From the NCBI GenBank assembly GCA_964106915.2, contig OZ066914.1: DNA of 64,000 nt. One strand, given 5' to 3'. A model generated the notes under the pieces. That model was not told the DNA's origin and searched no databases. It saw only the letters and a list, made by a program, of their open reading frames with translations. Shown here one piece after another: positions 40,141-54,300 of the stretch. Source of the stretch: Podarcis gaigeae. Taxonomy: Eukaryota. Position numbers and translations under genes: made by a program. The stretch's first letter is position 1; each line of letters starts with the position of its first letter.

Positions 40141-40616
40141 AGCATCTTAAAAAGTAGAGACATCACCTTGCCAACAAAGGTCTGTATAGTAAAAGCTATG
40201 GTTTTCCCAGTAGTGATGTATGGAAGTGAGAGCTGGACCATAAAGAAGGCTGATCACTGAAGAATTGATGCTTTTGAATTATGGTGCTGGAGGAGACTCT
40301 TGAGAGTCCAATGGACTGCAAGAAGATCAAACCTATCCATTCTTAAGGAAATCAGCCCTGGAAGGACAGATCATGAAGCTGAGACTCCAATACTTTGGCC
40401 ACCTCATGGAAAAGACCTGATGTTAGGAAAGATGGAGGGCACAAGGAGAAGGGGACGAGAGAGGACGAGATGGTTGGATAATGTTCTCGAAGCTACCAGC
40501 ATGAGTTTGACCAAACTGCGGGAGGCAGTGGACGACAGGAGTGCCTGGCGTGCTCTGGTCCATGGGGTCACGAAGAGTCGGACACGACTAAATGACTAAA
40601 CAACAACAACAACAAC
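40141..40616 (+). mobile_element. BovB (RTE-clade) LINE, 5'-truncated 3' fragment
   Basis: SILKSRDITLPTKVCIVKAMVFPVVMYGSESWTIKKAD..RIDAFELWCWRRLLRV and WRALVHGVTKSRTRLND, followed by a (CAA)n tail. Flanking duplication ATATGCCC at 40127-40134 and 40617-40624. Confidence 0.95.
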
Positions 40617-43560
40617 ATATGCCCAAAGTGAGCAACATAAGGTATTTCAGATTCTGTGTGTTATTCCAGAGTTTTCGTGTGCTAGAATGAATAATTTATA
40701 CCAGAGGCATAAATATTTATACTAGTGTATGTGGCCCTCCAGATGTTGCTAGCCAATGTTCAAGGATAAACACACATTTAATCCAACAATATGGAGGTGG
40801 GGCAGTTTTTCCATATCTGGCTCAAAGACTCTCTATGAAAACTCTGGTTGAATGGAGACACTTGATTTAGCTCAGTTCCGCTCTAGTGCACTAATTCTGC
40901 ATAGTATGCACTCAAAATGTCAAAACTACTGTATCTCAGAGGCTACTCCAGTCATTTGTCTAGGGACCAAGAGCATCTAACTCCATAATGAAAATGGCGC
41001 CATCTCACAGCAAGGTCTTCATATTTATGGAGTATATATACTCAGTCATAGAATTAGATATCAATATGTATGTTTGCATATTACATACAAAATCCAAGAA
41101 AGTAACTGTTACTTTTGAGTGTAACTCTTTACAATTCTGGTATGGCTATCAGCATCCAGAATAATTTCTTTGGAGTTGCATCTGGTCCATGGACACCAGT
41201 TGGCCACCGCTGACCTACACCTTATACAGTTTGTATGATGCAAGATGTTTAGAGACTGTGACCCTCTTATATTTTTTGAAACATCTGTGAAGGCACCAAC
41301 TCTTTTCATTTCCTTTATTTATTGCCTTGTCAAGGCAGAGACAAAGGTGATTTAAACTCTCAGAGCATGAGTTTCTAGAGAATAGAACAACTGTCTATGT
41401 TTTGTTGTGCCTTCATGTTAGCTGGTCCTGAATACATTATACCAAATGTGTAGGTCATAGGTATTTCAGCACAAATTGATAGTGCAGATGGTGCAGCCTA
41501 TATTAATACGGGGCTCAAGGGAATTAACTTTATTTTGCTCATGTTCTTTTGTCTTTCAACATTTGATAATTTTGTTGATGTATTTATAGAATCTGAATTT
41601 CCCATCTGTCAACAGGCTGTTTCTTGTTTCCATCAAGTGAAATTGGTTCCAAGCACATTATTGTGCTATTTTATGAAGCCGCGTTCCATTGTCACAAGAT
41701 GTTTATCAATACATACAAAATCCACTGGTGGCCACTTCACTTATCACTTTGCAATGCAGTATCCAGGAATGCTTTAAACTACCTATATTTATTAAATAAC
41801 CAATAACAATTTCATAATGTTTAATGCCAAGAGGAATTCCAAGGTTACTCTGCCAACTGAGTTGATAAGCACTCAAGGATAAAGCAAATCTATTTCGTTG
41901 ATTACCCTTGAAAAATAATTTGCAATCATCTATCTGGGGGAAAAATCAGTGTGTGTAAAAACCAGTTTCAACATTATAAGTAGTTCACTAAATTTGTATG
42001 GAAACTCCTTAGTAATATTAACTGTATGTTTTTAATGGATGGGCTGAATAAACTCATTGCTTATAGCTACATAATGAAGTTATTCTGCTGGATGCAGAAT
42101 ATAACTTAAATAGACATTGCTTTGATTTATTTTTTGTTGATTGACCCACAATCCTTTGCAGGGTGAGACAGTGAGTTTCATTTATATGAAGTTCAGGTAG
42201 TAGGGCCTGGTTAATAGAAATAATTTAATTTTGTTTCTTGTTTGCTTTGATGAAATAGTATGAGATACATTTATTGAATTTGCTATTAGCAGTTTCAGTA
42301 ACAGTAACAGTTCAGTACAATGGCAAACAAAAGTGAGATAACCAATGAAGCTTTGTGTGTGTGCCACATTTTATTCAACCACTTATCAAATGTGTAGGAG
42401 AGCTGTCATTAATGTTCTATAACCAATATTGCACAAGCTCTGAACTCACCAGATCCCATCAACATTCTTGTTAGAATTATCATTAACTATCATTAACTAT
42501 ACTGTATTAACTAAATTATACTAACTTCTTTAGTACTTCCTATGCCAACATGGTAGCAGACTTTCAGGAAACATGGTCATTCAGTGCACTTTTTATTCAA
42601 TATTTCTGTCTATAAGTACTTTCAACACAACTAATAATATATAATCCATTTAATCCTTGGATTTTGCAATGTTGCCAATAGAATCAGAACCAGAATGAAC
42701 ATCAGGATGATTTTATTGATATTTTCAATATTTATTTCATCTGCCAAAATGTGGGAATGAAACATTCTGGCTCTGTCAGCCTCATTCTGTGCAAACAGGT
42801 TTAGCAAGGAGGACTGTAAAACAATGTAATGTTGCTGACAGATTTAGTTTTTAGGAGCAAAGAGTGAGTTCAGCCTAAATCTCAAGTCTAACAAAAACAC
42901 TAGATAAAGGACCTACAGAGGAAGAACTAGGAGAATATAAACAATCTCATCTAGGATATCAGTGGGCAGTTTACACTGAGAACTAGGTCAAATTAGCGAG
43001 ATAGGTAGACTTCCCGTAGCATGTTTTCCTCCATGTTGAAAAAGTCTTATAATAATAAATTCAAACTCAATTTAAACATGACAAAGGGTCTGTATGGTGA
43101 AGTGAGTTTGAGTTTGTTGACCCTTATCCAGCACAGAAAAAAAGACTTTCTTGTGAAGTGAGTATCTCATAGGAAATAGTCTGAGCCCTGTTCATCTCAT
43201 GTATTTTTGCGTGATCAATACCATGATCAAGCAAGGAGTGGATCTGTTCATTTGTGCAATGATATGACAGATGGACCCTAGAAAATGAACCTAAAGGACT
43301 GAACTGTACAACTTGTGTGAGAATGCCAGGAGGGTCAGGCTAGAACTGAACATCTTCCATTCTGTATGCAGTTGCCCCGTGCACTGCCATATAAGAACTA
43401 CACTTTGGAGTAACTTCATGGCAGTGAAGTATTCTCTGACTCTAGGCTAGCCTGACCCACCTAGGCTAGGGAGAAGGGGGCTATAAAAGGTTTCCTGGTA
43501 GGGATTTTGTTTGAGAAACAAGATCTTCCTAGCTTTGATGTGCTTCAATTGATTTGGACC

Positions 43561-43691
43561 TCATAGAATCATAGAATTGCAGGATCATGGGAGTTGGAAG
43601 GGACCTCAAGGGTCATCTTGTCCAACCCTCTGCAATGCAGGAATGAGAGCTAAAGCATCCATGACAGATGGCCATCCAGCCTCTGCTTAAA
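43561..43691 (-). mobile_element. CR1 LINE 3' terminus
   Basis: TCATAGAATCATAGAAT...GTTGGAAGGGACCTCAAGGGTCATCTTGTCCAACCC is the reverse complement of a CR1 tail. Confidence 0.85.
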
Positions 43692-44599
43692 GAATCTGCA
43701 ATCTACTGAGGGAGTACTGACTTACATCTGACAACTCCTTATAGCTCAACCTTGGGGGCCAGGGCAGAGGGATCTTATACCTTATTTTACATATTGTAAA
43801 AAACTGAAAGTATTAGGATTGAGGTGTGTGTTTGCATTATACAGGGATATTTTAAGACAAAGAAAGCACCCCTTTCCCTTTGCAACTCTCCTAAGTATTT
43901 CCTTTTCCATCCTGCTATATACGGTAGTATACAATGTTGGTAGCCACATCAAATCTGAGCCCTCTATTCCTAAGTAGCTCAATAAGGAAATAACTGGAAA
44001 TATGTGATTTCACCATTCCTTTTATGACCCCTCCCTCCAAATAAATAAAGACAGGCTCCTGTTACAGGGTATGCAGAGCTCTGAGCAAATGCAGTGCTTT
44101 GGGGGATTGGGACACATTACAAAAATTCATGAAGGTTGCACTGATTTGACAGTCAATTCACATCCATTATTTCAATATGAATAATTAAATGATTAAACCA
44201 AAGTAATTATATATGTAATGAGGAGTTGCATGTTATCAGCCCCTTACAAAATTCAATTTAATTGGTGGGAGTTGTAAAATTGGTAAAGTACTATTACTTT
44301 AATTCACAGTTGTTTTCTTGTCCTAGTCTTAATAAAAATAAATTACTCATCAAATCATGAAACTTCTCATGCTTTTCAGTAAGTTCAAGCTAATTCATTA
44401 TACATTATTAAAAACACTATTTGATGGTATCATGTAGAACCATGTGCAATTAAATTTCCTACAAAACTGGTTCACAGTTTATTCTTAAATATGCTGCTGT
44501 AAGAATGGGGACATACATTATATAAAATAGATACTTTGAACCTGTATTTCAGAAATTGCTTCAACTGAATCATAACCAATACTACTATGTAAACAAGCT

Positions 44600-44860
44600 A
44601 CAAACCTGCTTCTTCCAGGGAAGTAGAACCCCACCTGTAACCATCTTCTCACCTCCAGGACTCAAGGACTTGGAACATATAACACCACTGTCTTTTTGGG
44701 ACTGAGCTTCAGTTTTTTGGCTCATATCCAGCCTATCACTACCTCCAAGAACCTATCTAGTACCTCAGCTGCCTCTCCTGATTCAGATGGAATGGAGAGA
44801 TAAAGCTGGGTGTCATCCACATATTGGTGATGCTCCAAATTTCCAGTTGCCTACTTCCAG
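44600..44860 (-). mobile_element. L2 LINE reverse-transcriptase fragment
   Basis: The minus strand at 44797-44832 reads HHQYVDDTQLYL (a YADD-type RT catalytic motif), followed by a WI*AKKLKLSPKKT-like segment. Confidence 0.8.
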
Positions 44861-46524
44861 TGGCTTCATGTAGAATACTGTGATCAAATGGTATCAACAA
44901 AGGAAACATCTTGCAAGTTAGCAAATGTGGGATTGCAGCTTTATTTGTGACTGTGTTGATTTCAATGGAACTTAGTTTCAGGTGACTTTTGCTAGAATAT
45001 GCAAAAAATGTTATCAGAATAATGCTATCTCTCTGTCCCCTTTCATTACACAGGGACAGGATAAAGAGGGGATATCACTGTGATTGGGTTAGCATAGGAA
45101 CAGTGTTAAGGGGAAGGGGAATTCTGTATTTCTAAGTTGCTTGGAACTGCCCTTATGTTTCCACTGATATTTCTCTAAAATAATATGAAAAATATATTAC
45201 TGCAAGCAGGTGAAATGACAAGATCAGCAGGAAACCTAGATACTAGTAAATCATTTCCTTGCTCCATCAATCTCAGCCACTCTAGGAAGCAGTTTGTTCC
45301 TTGGAAAAGGCGATCTTGCCGTGGAATCCTATATTATGCCACGTTTCAAACTGCTCAGTTAAATATATCTAATAGGCAGCATATACTACTGTACCAAAAT
45401 CTCTGATGACTTTCATTATTCTACATTGGCTTTGGCATGGATTAAAATTGTGACAATTGCTTTAAAAATCTATAGTTTGTTACTCAGATGTCTTTCTACT
45501 TTCTGTAAATTTAAGATGATTACATATTAATGTTACTGTAGTTTTAATATCCTATGTACACAAAAATGCACTTCTATGAGGTACCATTCTTTTTATATGC
45601 CACTTATTATGAAAATCACAATACAAATGGATCAGTGAATTTATTTCCATATACTATCCAGAAGGCTGCTCAATATCTTTCCACCTCAGTTAGAAAAATG
45701 ACTGAAATTATGATCTCCTCAACAATTTAAAATCATTACTTTGCATAGGCAGTAAACATGGCTGTTAAAGAATAAGTGCTGAAACCCATTTTGGTTATTA
45801 CACCTGTCAACTAGGCATTTAGTTACCTTTTATTGTTTTCAAAATGCCAGATAACATTGCATCTTTATAACTATGGAAGATAAATAGAATGACTGATTTA
45901 GAACTAAGCTTGTTGATACTTCATAAAAAACCACCCAAAATGTAAATTGATAATATGCATGTTAACAATAATCATAAGAGAGTATGGAATGATTAGACAG
46001 TTTCCTAAACTTAAGGAACTAGGCTCTATAATGAACTCAGAAGCCAACTCAGAAGCTCTGGATTCTATTATGCCGTGTGAGAACATTGACCACATCCATT
46101 TACACATCTTCCAGGGAATAGATATGACCTTCTTTAGAATTTAAGCTGTATTATGCACCCGTGTTTTTAACTGGACAACTGGTGTTTTAACTTCTTGCTT
46201 TCACATATGCTTTGTTATTGTTTCTTTTGTAATTAAAAAAATAATGAGAGTGTTACTAAAGAAGCAACATGCAAATATGTTTAACAAATGATTAGAGAAC
46301 ACATTTGATATTTGAAGATAATAAATGAGCTGAAAACCATGAGATAATGTTTGATAAAAACTGATGGTAGATAACTAATAATTATTCTGCTTGTATTTCT
46401 GTATAAGGTTATGGGCACACACAAGTTTTCAAAGAGATTCTTACTTGGAATTATGCAAAATCTCTCATTGAAATCTAAATGTCCCTTAGTTTTCACTTGT
46501 CAGCCAAAAACGCGTAGCAAAAAA

Positions 46525-46670
46525 GGCAGCTTCTTCTAACACACATCTCATAAGGGCATGTTATTATATTGTTATCCTCAAGGTGCCTGCAGACTGATTG
46601 CTTTATTATCAGCTTCAGTGAAAAATCCCATGGCGAGGTTAAAGTAGGTGATTTGTAATTTTCACAATCT
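46525..46670 (-). mobile_element. old CR1 RT-region fragment
   Basis: ORF 46493-46783 contains ENYKSPTLTS..LIIKQSVCRHLEDNNIIT...RRSC, a degraded form of the CR1 motif NYRPVSLTS..EQIIKQSxCxHLE.N.VI..SQHGF...SC. Confidence 0.7.
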
Positions 46671-47017
46671 GTCGGTATTGTCTGAGTGACTCCCTTTGTT
46701 TTCTTGCTTTTCTGATATTTATATCCACTTTGTTTCTTTCCTTCTATTTTGTGACTTCTCTGTGGCTGAGTATTTGGCTTCATCTGTTAATTGTAGTTTC
46801 ATGTCCTTTTTCTATGAATTTGATTTTCTCTAGTTTTATTTCTGGAGGACAAGGCAAAGACATCGTAAAATATCGTATTCATTGTAAAATAAATTATAAC
46901 ACTGTGAAGGATTTTTTGCCTTGGAATCTAAATGCTATAAAAGCAGAAGGCAGCTCTGAGCAGACTTTGCCTTTCCCCCGGCAAATGGAAAAGTCTATTC
47001 AGAGAAGAGGTGCCCTA

Positions 47018-47127
47018 TGTGGTGCCCAACGTTGGACAACAACTCCCACTATCCCTGAACACTGACCAGGTTGACTGCGGCTGATGGGAGCTGTATTCCA
47101 ACAATATCTGGAAGGCACCACACTGGC
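47018..47127. mobile_element. palindromic hAT-like MITE remnant
   Basis: GTTGGACAACAACTCCCACTATCCC ... GGCTGATGGGAGCTGTATTCCAAC forms a hairpin related to the 13.5-kb and 27.9-kb elements. Confidence 0.6.
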
Positions 47128-48321
47128 TATTGCTACCCTAGATGATTTGGAGGACCTGAACATCATAGGATGGGGTATATGTGATCTGGAAACTGATGAG
47201 GAGGTGGGAATTTCATAAACAACATTGCAGAGGGAACTGTGGACAAAAAAGCCATCTTCCAGTATCTTCCATCTGCTCATTGTTCTCAGGACCCAAGTCA
47301 TTGAGATTGTCATAAAAACAAAACAAAACAACATTCCAAATATATGTGCAATTTGATTTTTAAAATTTTCAGGAGTCTGCAGCTGGGCTTACGAAATATA
47401 TCCCTTCACTTGGTTTGTCTAAGATGTCTTAAAGCACTGGATTCCAATTTGTCTCTGAGCTGAATCCTTGTCACTTCGGTTGAAAAGAAAGGAATCAAAT
47501 GGTGATGGGGAATTTCTTTTCTCACCTCCTCCTTTTATTTACTTGTTAAAGGCACTGGCTCTGCCAGAGGTATGGCAGCACTAGTCACTGCTATCTTCCT
47601 TTCCAGAGCCAATATGCAGCCAGCAGGGTCAAAGACTTTAAGAAATTAAAAAAAATAACTACTAACCTATACTTACACCTGCCACATACCCCCCCCCCAA
47701 AAAAAAATTGGGGATCCTATAGTGTATTAAGAAGCAAGGCAAAGTAATTGAAAAGATCTGACAACCATTTGAAAAGGCAATGGTGAGTCTGAAAGCAGAT
47801 GTTTGTTGCCTTGGCTCTGTAATAGCTTCACAGAACAACCAACCTACACAGACACAGCAAGCCTCTAGCTGACCAGTTCTGGACCAGTGTAGGCCTGTTA
47901 CCTTGGCTTTGCTAACTTCTACTAACATATTGTCTGGCTTTACAATTACACTGGGTCCCCTCTCACACTTGAACACACAAACACACACACACACTCCAAA
48001 CTTGAAACTGCTGGGAGCAGTACTTGTCCTTGCATTGTATGACATCAGGAACAAGACCTTCCCACTGGGAAAGATTTCTAGTCCTGGAGATGACAATTTT
48101 TTGTCTGGCTGCCAAACTCAGCAAGTATTTGTAGATCTCTGGATATGATTAAGCTAAAAAAGTATGATTATATCAAAGGTAAAGAAAGCTCAATTACATT
48201 AATAAAATTGAAAAATAATTTTGTTTCAGATGTTTCTATTCTGCATTTTGATCAAATTTAAAAGTAAGGATCCTGAGGTGTTTTAACTGGTGGAAGTCAC
48301 CAGATGAAGCCTATGACACTC

Positions 48322-48350
48322 ATCAATCAATCAATCAATCAATCAATCAA
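48322..48350. repeat. (ATCA)n microsatellite
   Basis: Seen directly. Confidence 0.93.
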
Positions 48351-51300
48351 CAAGCTAACTCAACTCCACCATTAATCAACAAATAAATGTACAGACTGAA
48401 AACAAATAATAATAATCCAGAAAGAACAATATCAATAACTCGTGGTCCAGGGCTCCCCAGACAGTCTGTTGGTGTGGTGTCTGGGTCCACAGATGCAGCT
48501 TGGAGGCTGGGACTCACAGCCTTTGTATGAAGCTCAGGGAAGGAAGGAAGCAATTCGAAAAGTTTGCTGCAGCATCATTTTTGGGGAATCGCTTGGGAAT
48601 TAGTAGCAGAACCAAAAGATAAGCACTTAAGAGGTAAATCAAATCTTCACAGATGCAGAGATGCTGAGACAAGATATTTTCACACCTCTACAGTGCCCAC
48701 AATCTGTTCTGCCAGCAGCAGCTTTCTGAAGCCCAAAGAAGGAAATTAAGCAAATCAAAGCACTATTTGGATAATTTTGTAGCTTAAAAAGTTGGGTGTA
48801 TGTTTCAACACTGATTAAAGGCTGAGGCTGAATCATCATCAGGTTTCAGGCAACATTAGTTGCAAAAGACATTTCTTAAACACACACACACACAAGAGCA
48901 ACAAAAGACATGATATAATAATTTGAGTAGAAATACTCAGTGGTGTTGTAGTTAGTACACTTCTTCACTTTGATAACATTTACTGGTACTTCACTTCTAG
49001 AAACCTTCACTATTGAGATTAAAGCTGAATAATGAATATGTTCATATTCAATTTCAGCATGATGTAAAAATCTACCATTTACTAAGTATATGGAATGCTA
49101 ATTTCCCATGATCTACCAAAATGTACATCTTATTCTCTATTGAAGAGTTAAACACCCCATTTTTCTGCACATCCAGCAAAATTTTTATGCAAAACATTCT
49201 ATTCTCTACAAATACAGTCACATACTTTGATTTGTAGCAGAATGATTTTCACTTTTACTGCCATTAAGAACAGCATAGATTTGATGTAATATAGGTATGC
49301 TTTTTAAAAAAATATAAATATTCTAAGGTTCTGATACACATTGGCAGCATTTAACTAACGAGTCACATTAGCAGAAACTCTACACAAGCACTTTCACTTG
49401 TGCAATGGGATTTGACCTTCCTCTCCTCCTGACACACACCCCAAAATTGGCTTGGGGGGGGGGGAGTCTCCAGAATAGCACATGGAGGGGTGAGGAGAGA
49501 GGGAATCATTCTTTCTGGGAGCCAAAATGCTTACTCTGAAGGAATGATTGTCTTGGCACAAGTATAGGTACATAAGTATAGGTACATATTGATACAATTT
49601 ACCTTTACAACAGCCTTTACAACAATGTCAATCTTTATTGCAGATATTAATATTGCTCAGCTTGAAGCAACAGGATTAATAAAAACTGACTCCTCTTAGA
49701 ATAAAAATTGTCCAGTCCCAAAATAGGGCTTCAAAGCTTTACTAACAGAACTTTCTTCAAAACAGAACATAAAATAATTATGCTATATCCAGATAGTTGC
49801 ATAAGATCATGTGCTTGTCCAAGTACAGGTTCTTCTTCTTACAAATATGAAATACAGTACTGTTTATAAGCTCAGGCTGTTTTCTCTGCACACCTTTGTC
49901 TTCTGTGGCTTGAAAAAAAAAAGGCTCACAGAAAATGGAGATTTGCAACAGAATAACATGTGATCTAAGTTAGACACACGGAGGGCCAGCAGAGATACTT
50001 AAAGTTAGTTATCAACCTGGTGGCACTTAGACAGCTCCTAGTTTAGCTCAATGGAATATTCTAAACCCTTTTAGCAATACACATACAGAGCTATTTTCCA
50101 TTTCAACAATTAAACCATCATATTTAACAATCTTTTACTAAACTAAGGGCTGCCCAAGACATCATGGTTTGTAATCTTAACGCTTTGTTATTGTTAACTT
50201 TACAATTTTGAATTCTTCTCTGCTCATGATGGATTCCATAGAGCAAATGCTGATCCCTCTCCTAAACACATTAAACTTCAAATATCACACGCATACACAT
50301 CAAAGATTGGTGGGAGGTCAAAATTTTTTTCTCCTGGTATCAGCCATACTGCTTACATCAAATTTCAAATGAGTAAATGATATTTTATCTGCTGGTAGAT
50401 TATTAATCAAACAGAAATATTCAATTGAAGTTTCTCGTTCTAATTAAACTTTCACTTTGCATAATATGCCATTTACTCCATATCTACAGTTGCAATCACT
50501 GCTACATAAGAGAAATGTCAACTTCAAAGTAAGTGTTCCTTTCAGATAAGGCATTCTGCCTCTGTGCATTATGTGTAGCTGACTCTCAAAATAATTTAAA
50601 CTTGGATGAACTACATTTTTCATTGCATCGAACGGACATTATGCTCAAGATGATAACATCAACTAAGGCCGTTAGATTTAAATTAGAAATAACATGCACA
50701 TCTAGAAAATTATGAAGCATGGCATCTGAAGCTAATGTATAAGAAAACTCCAAAACATGTATTGAGTATATGCCATTTTTTCCACAGAGACTTGCACCCA
50801 TCATAGGTAAGATCCAACTATTCAACCCTACTCCTTTGCCTCAGAAGACATCAATATCTGTAGCAATACAAGTGTACAACATTTATATTTTCCCACAGCC
50901 ACCATTGCATAATTAATATCATTTGACTCTGGTTGCATAGTCCTAATATTTATTATTCAATCTAAATGACTCCTGAACTGGGTGGCTAAATTTAATTCAG
51001 AGTGGAATCATTGAAATTAATGAATGTGATTGACTTTGGTCCAATAATTTCAACTGTTCTAGAGTAAAACTTAGTTGAATATCACCCACAGTCTCCAAAG
51101 TGTTGCAATTATTAATCACAACACCATTTAAGGGGAATGTCAGGGTGGGGAGAGAGGTAGTAGGGGAACTGGACTTCACTCATTGAAAGCTTCCAATCCA
51201 GGGGTAGAAGCTCAGTCAACACTTTCCAATCACTGTACTTAGGTGGGAGGGATATAATCTGTGCTATGTTTTCTGTGTGTTAGTAGTCTGTCTTCTGTTT

Positions 51301-54300
51301 GTGTCAGTAGGCCTTGTAGGGAAAAAGTAGCATATAAAAAACTCTGGCCTGTCACCCAGCCCTGCTACTTCAGAGAAACCAGTCCCAGGCAGGCAGGCAA
51401 GCGGGCAGGCAAGCGGGCACTGGCATACAGAGGCAGGCAGACAAGGGAGAAATACTCTTGCCAGGCTGGCATCCCATACGGCAGTGCTGAAAGAGCAAGG
51501 AAAGTTGAGCTACTATACTGGAGCATGAGAATTGGCAGGATTGGAGTACGAGAATTGGCAGCATTGGCCAGTGGAAGTGATTAGGAATACCAAAGATTTG
51601 GATTTGTAGAGCAGGACAGAACAATTTTTGTGCTGAGTCTGGGATGGATCTGGATGTTCTAATTCAATTCCAAGCAAGATCAAGGAGGCTTGCACAAACA
51701 ATCCCAATAAAAGGGGAAAAAATGCACTTAATACAAATACAAATTTACCAAACACCACTTTCTAGCCACATTATTTTATGAATTAAAATGAAGTGCTATT
51801 ATTTGTGTTGATGGGAACTATTCTGGCATATAATGGGAGAAAAATATAACGGCAGAAGCCCTATTTACATCAGATACCATAATCATTGCTATGAAAAGAA
51901 ACAGCTATAAAACAGTATGCCTCCAAGCGAGTGTCCAAGACAACATGTGATCCATTACTCTTTTCAGATATCTCTTCCCTGGATTTTGCATGATACAAGG
52001 GGAGTTCAGGCAATTTTTCCATTTCACTTAGATCACCTCAAAAAGACACTCTAATGTGGGCATTTGAAATCCTTAAATAAAATTATATGTTTCCCTGTAT
52101 TTCTCTCTGGGATAGAAATTCTCACAGCATGCTAGAAGCAAAACCCTCTCATCCTTATTTCACCAGGCAAGCACAAAATCACACTTTATATACAGAGGAA
52201 ACCATGCACTGGATTCTCTGTTACTTTTATTCACAGCAGCTTGCTTAGATTCTACTACGTACTTCTGCAAAACAACCCAAGGTAATTTTTTATGGTAGCA
52301 ATAGCATCCCTATCAAACTCTTCCTTTCTTAATATGTTTTCCAGGGTATATCAATAGGAAAGCAGGATTCCAATCAATAAAAATACCTACCACTCATCCT
52401 ATCTTTTTATCCTGCTGTTATATACTTTTAGAAATATAGTTTCATATTCCATTCCAAGTCCTGTTTTTAGTTTGGGTTCTTTTCAGTCTGCAAATAAACA
52501 GTGGGTAGTCGATAGGCCATTATACTACTCGACAAGGCTAATAATGATGATCCAGCTCTCTCTGCTCCCTTCTTATAACTTATTCAGATAGTTTCATTTA
52601 TTATTTTCCCCATCTTATATGTCACACTCAAGAACTGGTTTTGATCACACCAAAAGGTGAATACAACATATCCCTTTGTAGCTAAATCCTTCTGAATCTG
52701 CATTATGTACTCATATCCCAACAACATAAAAGTTCCCTGTTGAAGAATGCTCCTTTTCCCCAATCACAAAGACTTTTTTTATTGTGAACACAGAACAGAA
52801 AGAAAAGCGTAATATTACCACTTTTATGATCCTGCTGTTCCAGTACCTATCTTTGCCCAATTTTCCTTAATTTTTCATAATAATTATATTAAATATTAAA
52901 ATAAAGAAAATCCTGTTTTTTAAAATAATAAGTCAACTGTTGAGGAATTGTTGAGAAGATTTATTTTTGTACTGAAAGGATCCATTTGTACTGATAGCAT
53001 CAGTCCTTGTGGAACTCATGTTTGTTGGATATGTGTGATATGTAGGTCTGGCCTGATTTTATTAGGGGGAGGGGAACACAATGCTACTTCAGTTTAACAT
53101 TTTAATACATACTTAGGGTCCCACAAACCCTTCGTTCCATGTTCCTCCTTTCTGCAGCGATGGCTTCTAGGCAGCATTTAGGCCTTTTGGCTGAACATTC
53201 TAAGCTTTACTGAATAAAGGTTTTACGAAGCTGTTACCGGCTGCAGCCTCCTTCTCCTTGGATGAGAAAGAGTAGACCTTGCCCTTAACTACAGGTACTT
53301 CCTGGCACCTCCCAGGAATAGTAATCCCCTCAGGCTGTATCTAGTAATTATTTCCTTGTTACAGTGATAGTCCAAACCTCAAGTCACTTGCATTTAAACT
53401 TCTGCCTATTGTATCTAGGCATTCAATTTTTCCTGATTACCTCGCACCTTTTTTACTTCATAAAAGGCAATTTTCCACCTATATCCATCTCTGAAATAAT
53501 AACTGTCTCAAATTGAAGGGTTATGGCTCGCTCTGCTTTGCATGCAGAAGTTCCTAAGTTCAGTGCCCAGCACCTTGAGGTTAAAATTAATGCTCTCTAA
53601 CAGGAGAAAAACTTGTGTGAATGTGATTATTGTTGTTTGTTATTCAAAAGCATTTAAGACTACCTGAACATTTTCAATGTAATGCTTTCTTTGAGATGGT
53701 TATTATATTGTCAATAACTTCCTTTGAAGCCACCCGGTATGAAGAAGGAAACTTTATTTTTATTTTTCTATCGATCGGTCAGGTATGAATCAATATAGAA
53801 ATATTTTCCTTTGTGAAACAATAAAACAATTATTGCTCTCTACTGTGTAAACAGGAGAAGGAGAAAGTGAAGGAAGAGACGTTTCATATCCAACTTATTG
53901 GGAAACTAGTCTTAATACACCTAACAACCATTCAGGTGAAGAAAAGCACACCTGTAACTTAAGAGAAACCACAGAGAAAAGTTGTACAATTCAGCAATTT
54001 CACAATACTTCGCTCTAATTGTTATAGGTGCAAAGCATTCCCTAGGGACAATATAAGAAGAGAACGGATCTTGGTAACCCTTCATTAACTCCTGGGGGAA
54101 AGCAGCTTTTTCAGCTCACCTTCAAATCCAACTCAGAAAATAAAAATCTATGTCAGGTGGTGTCCATATATTCCTTTCCATGAGAAGAAAGGCATTTTTT
54201 GACAGCTTTGTGTTAAAAACACAGAATTAAATTCAGAGGTGTGTTTACATTTGTGCAAAACATTGCTCAATATTTTCTACAGGGTCTCTTGAACAAAGTC

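Noticed and set aside
53527-53580. tRNA gene (CTGCTTTGCATGCAGAAGTTCCTAAGTTCAGTGCCCAGCACC)
   Set aside because: The 5' half and acceptor stem are missing and the B box is degenerate. It is at most a decayed tRNA-derived SINE head.
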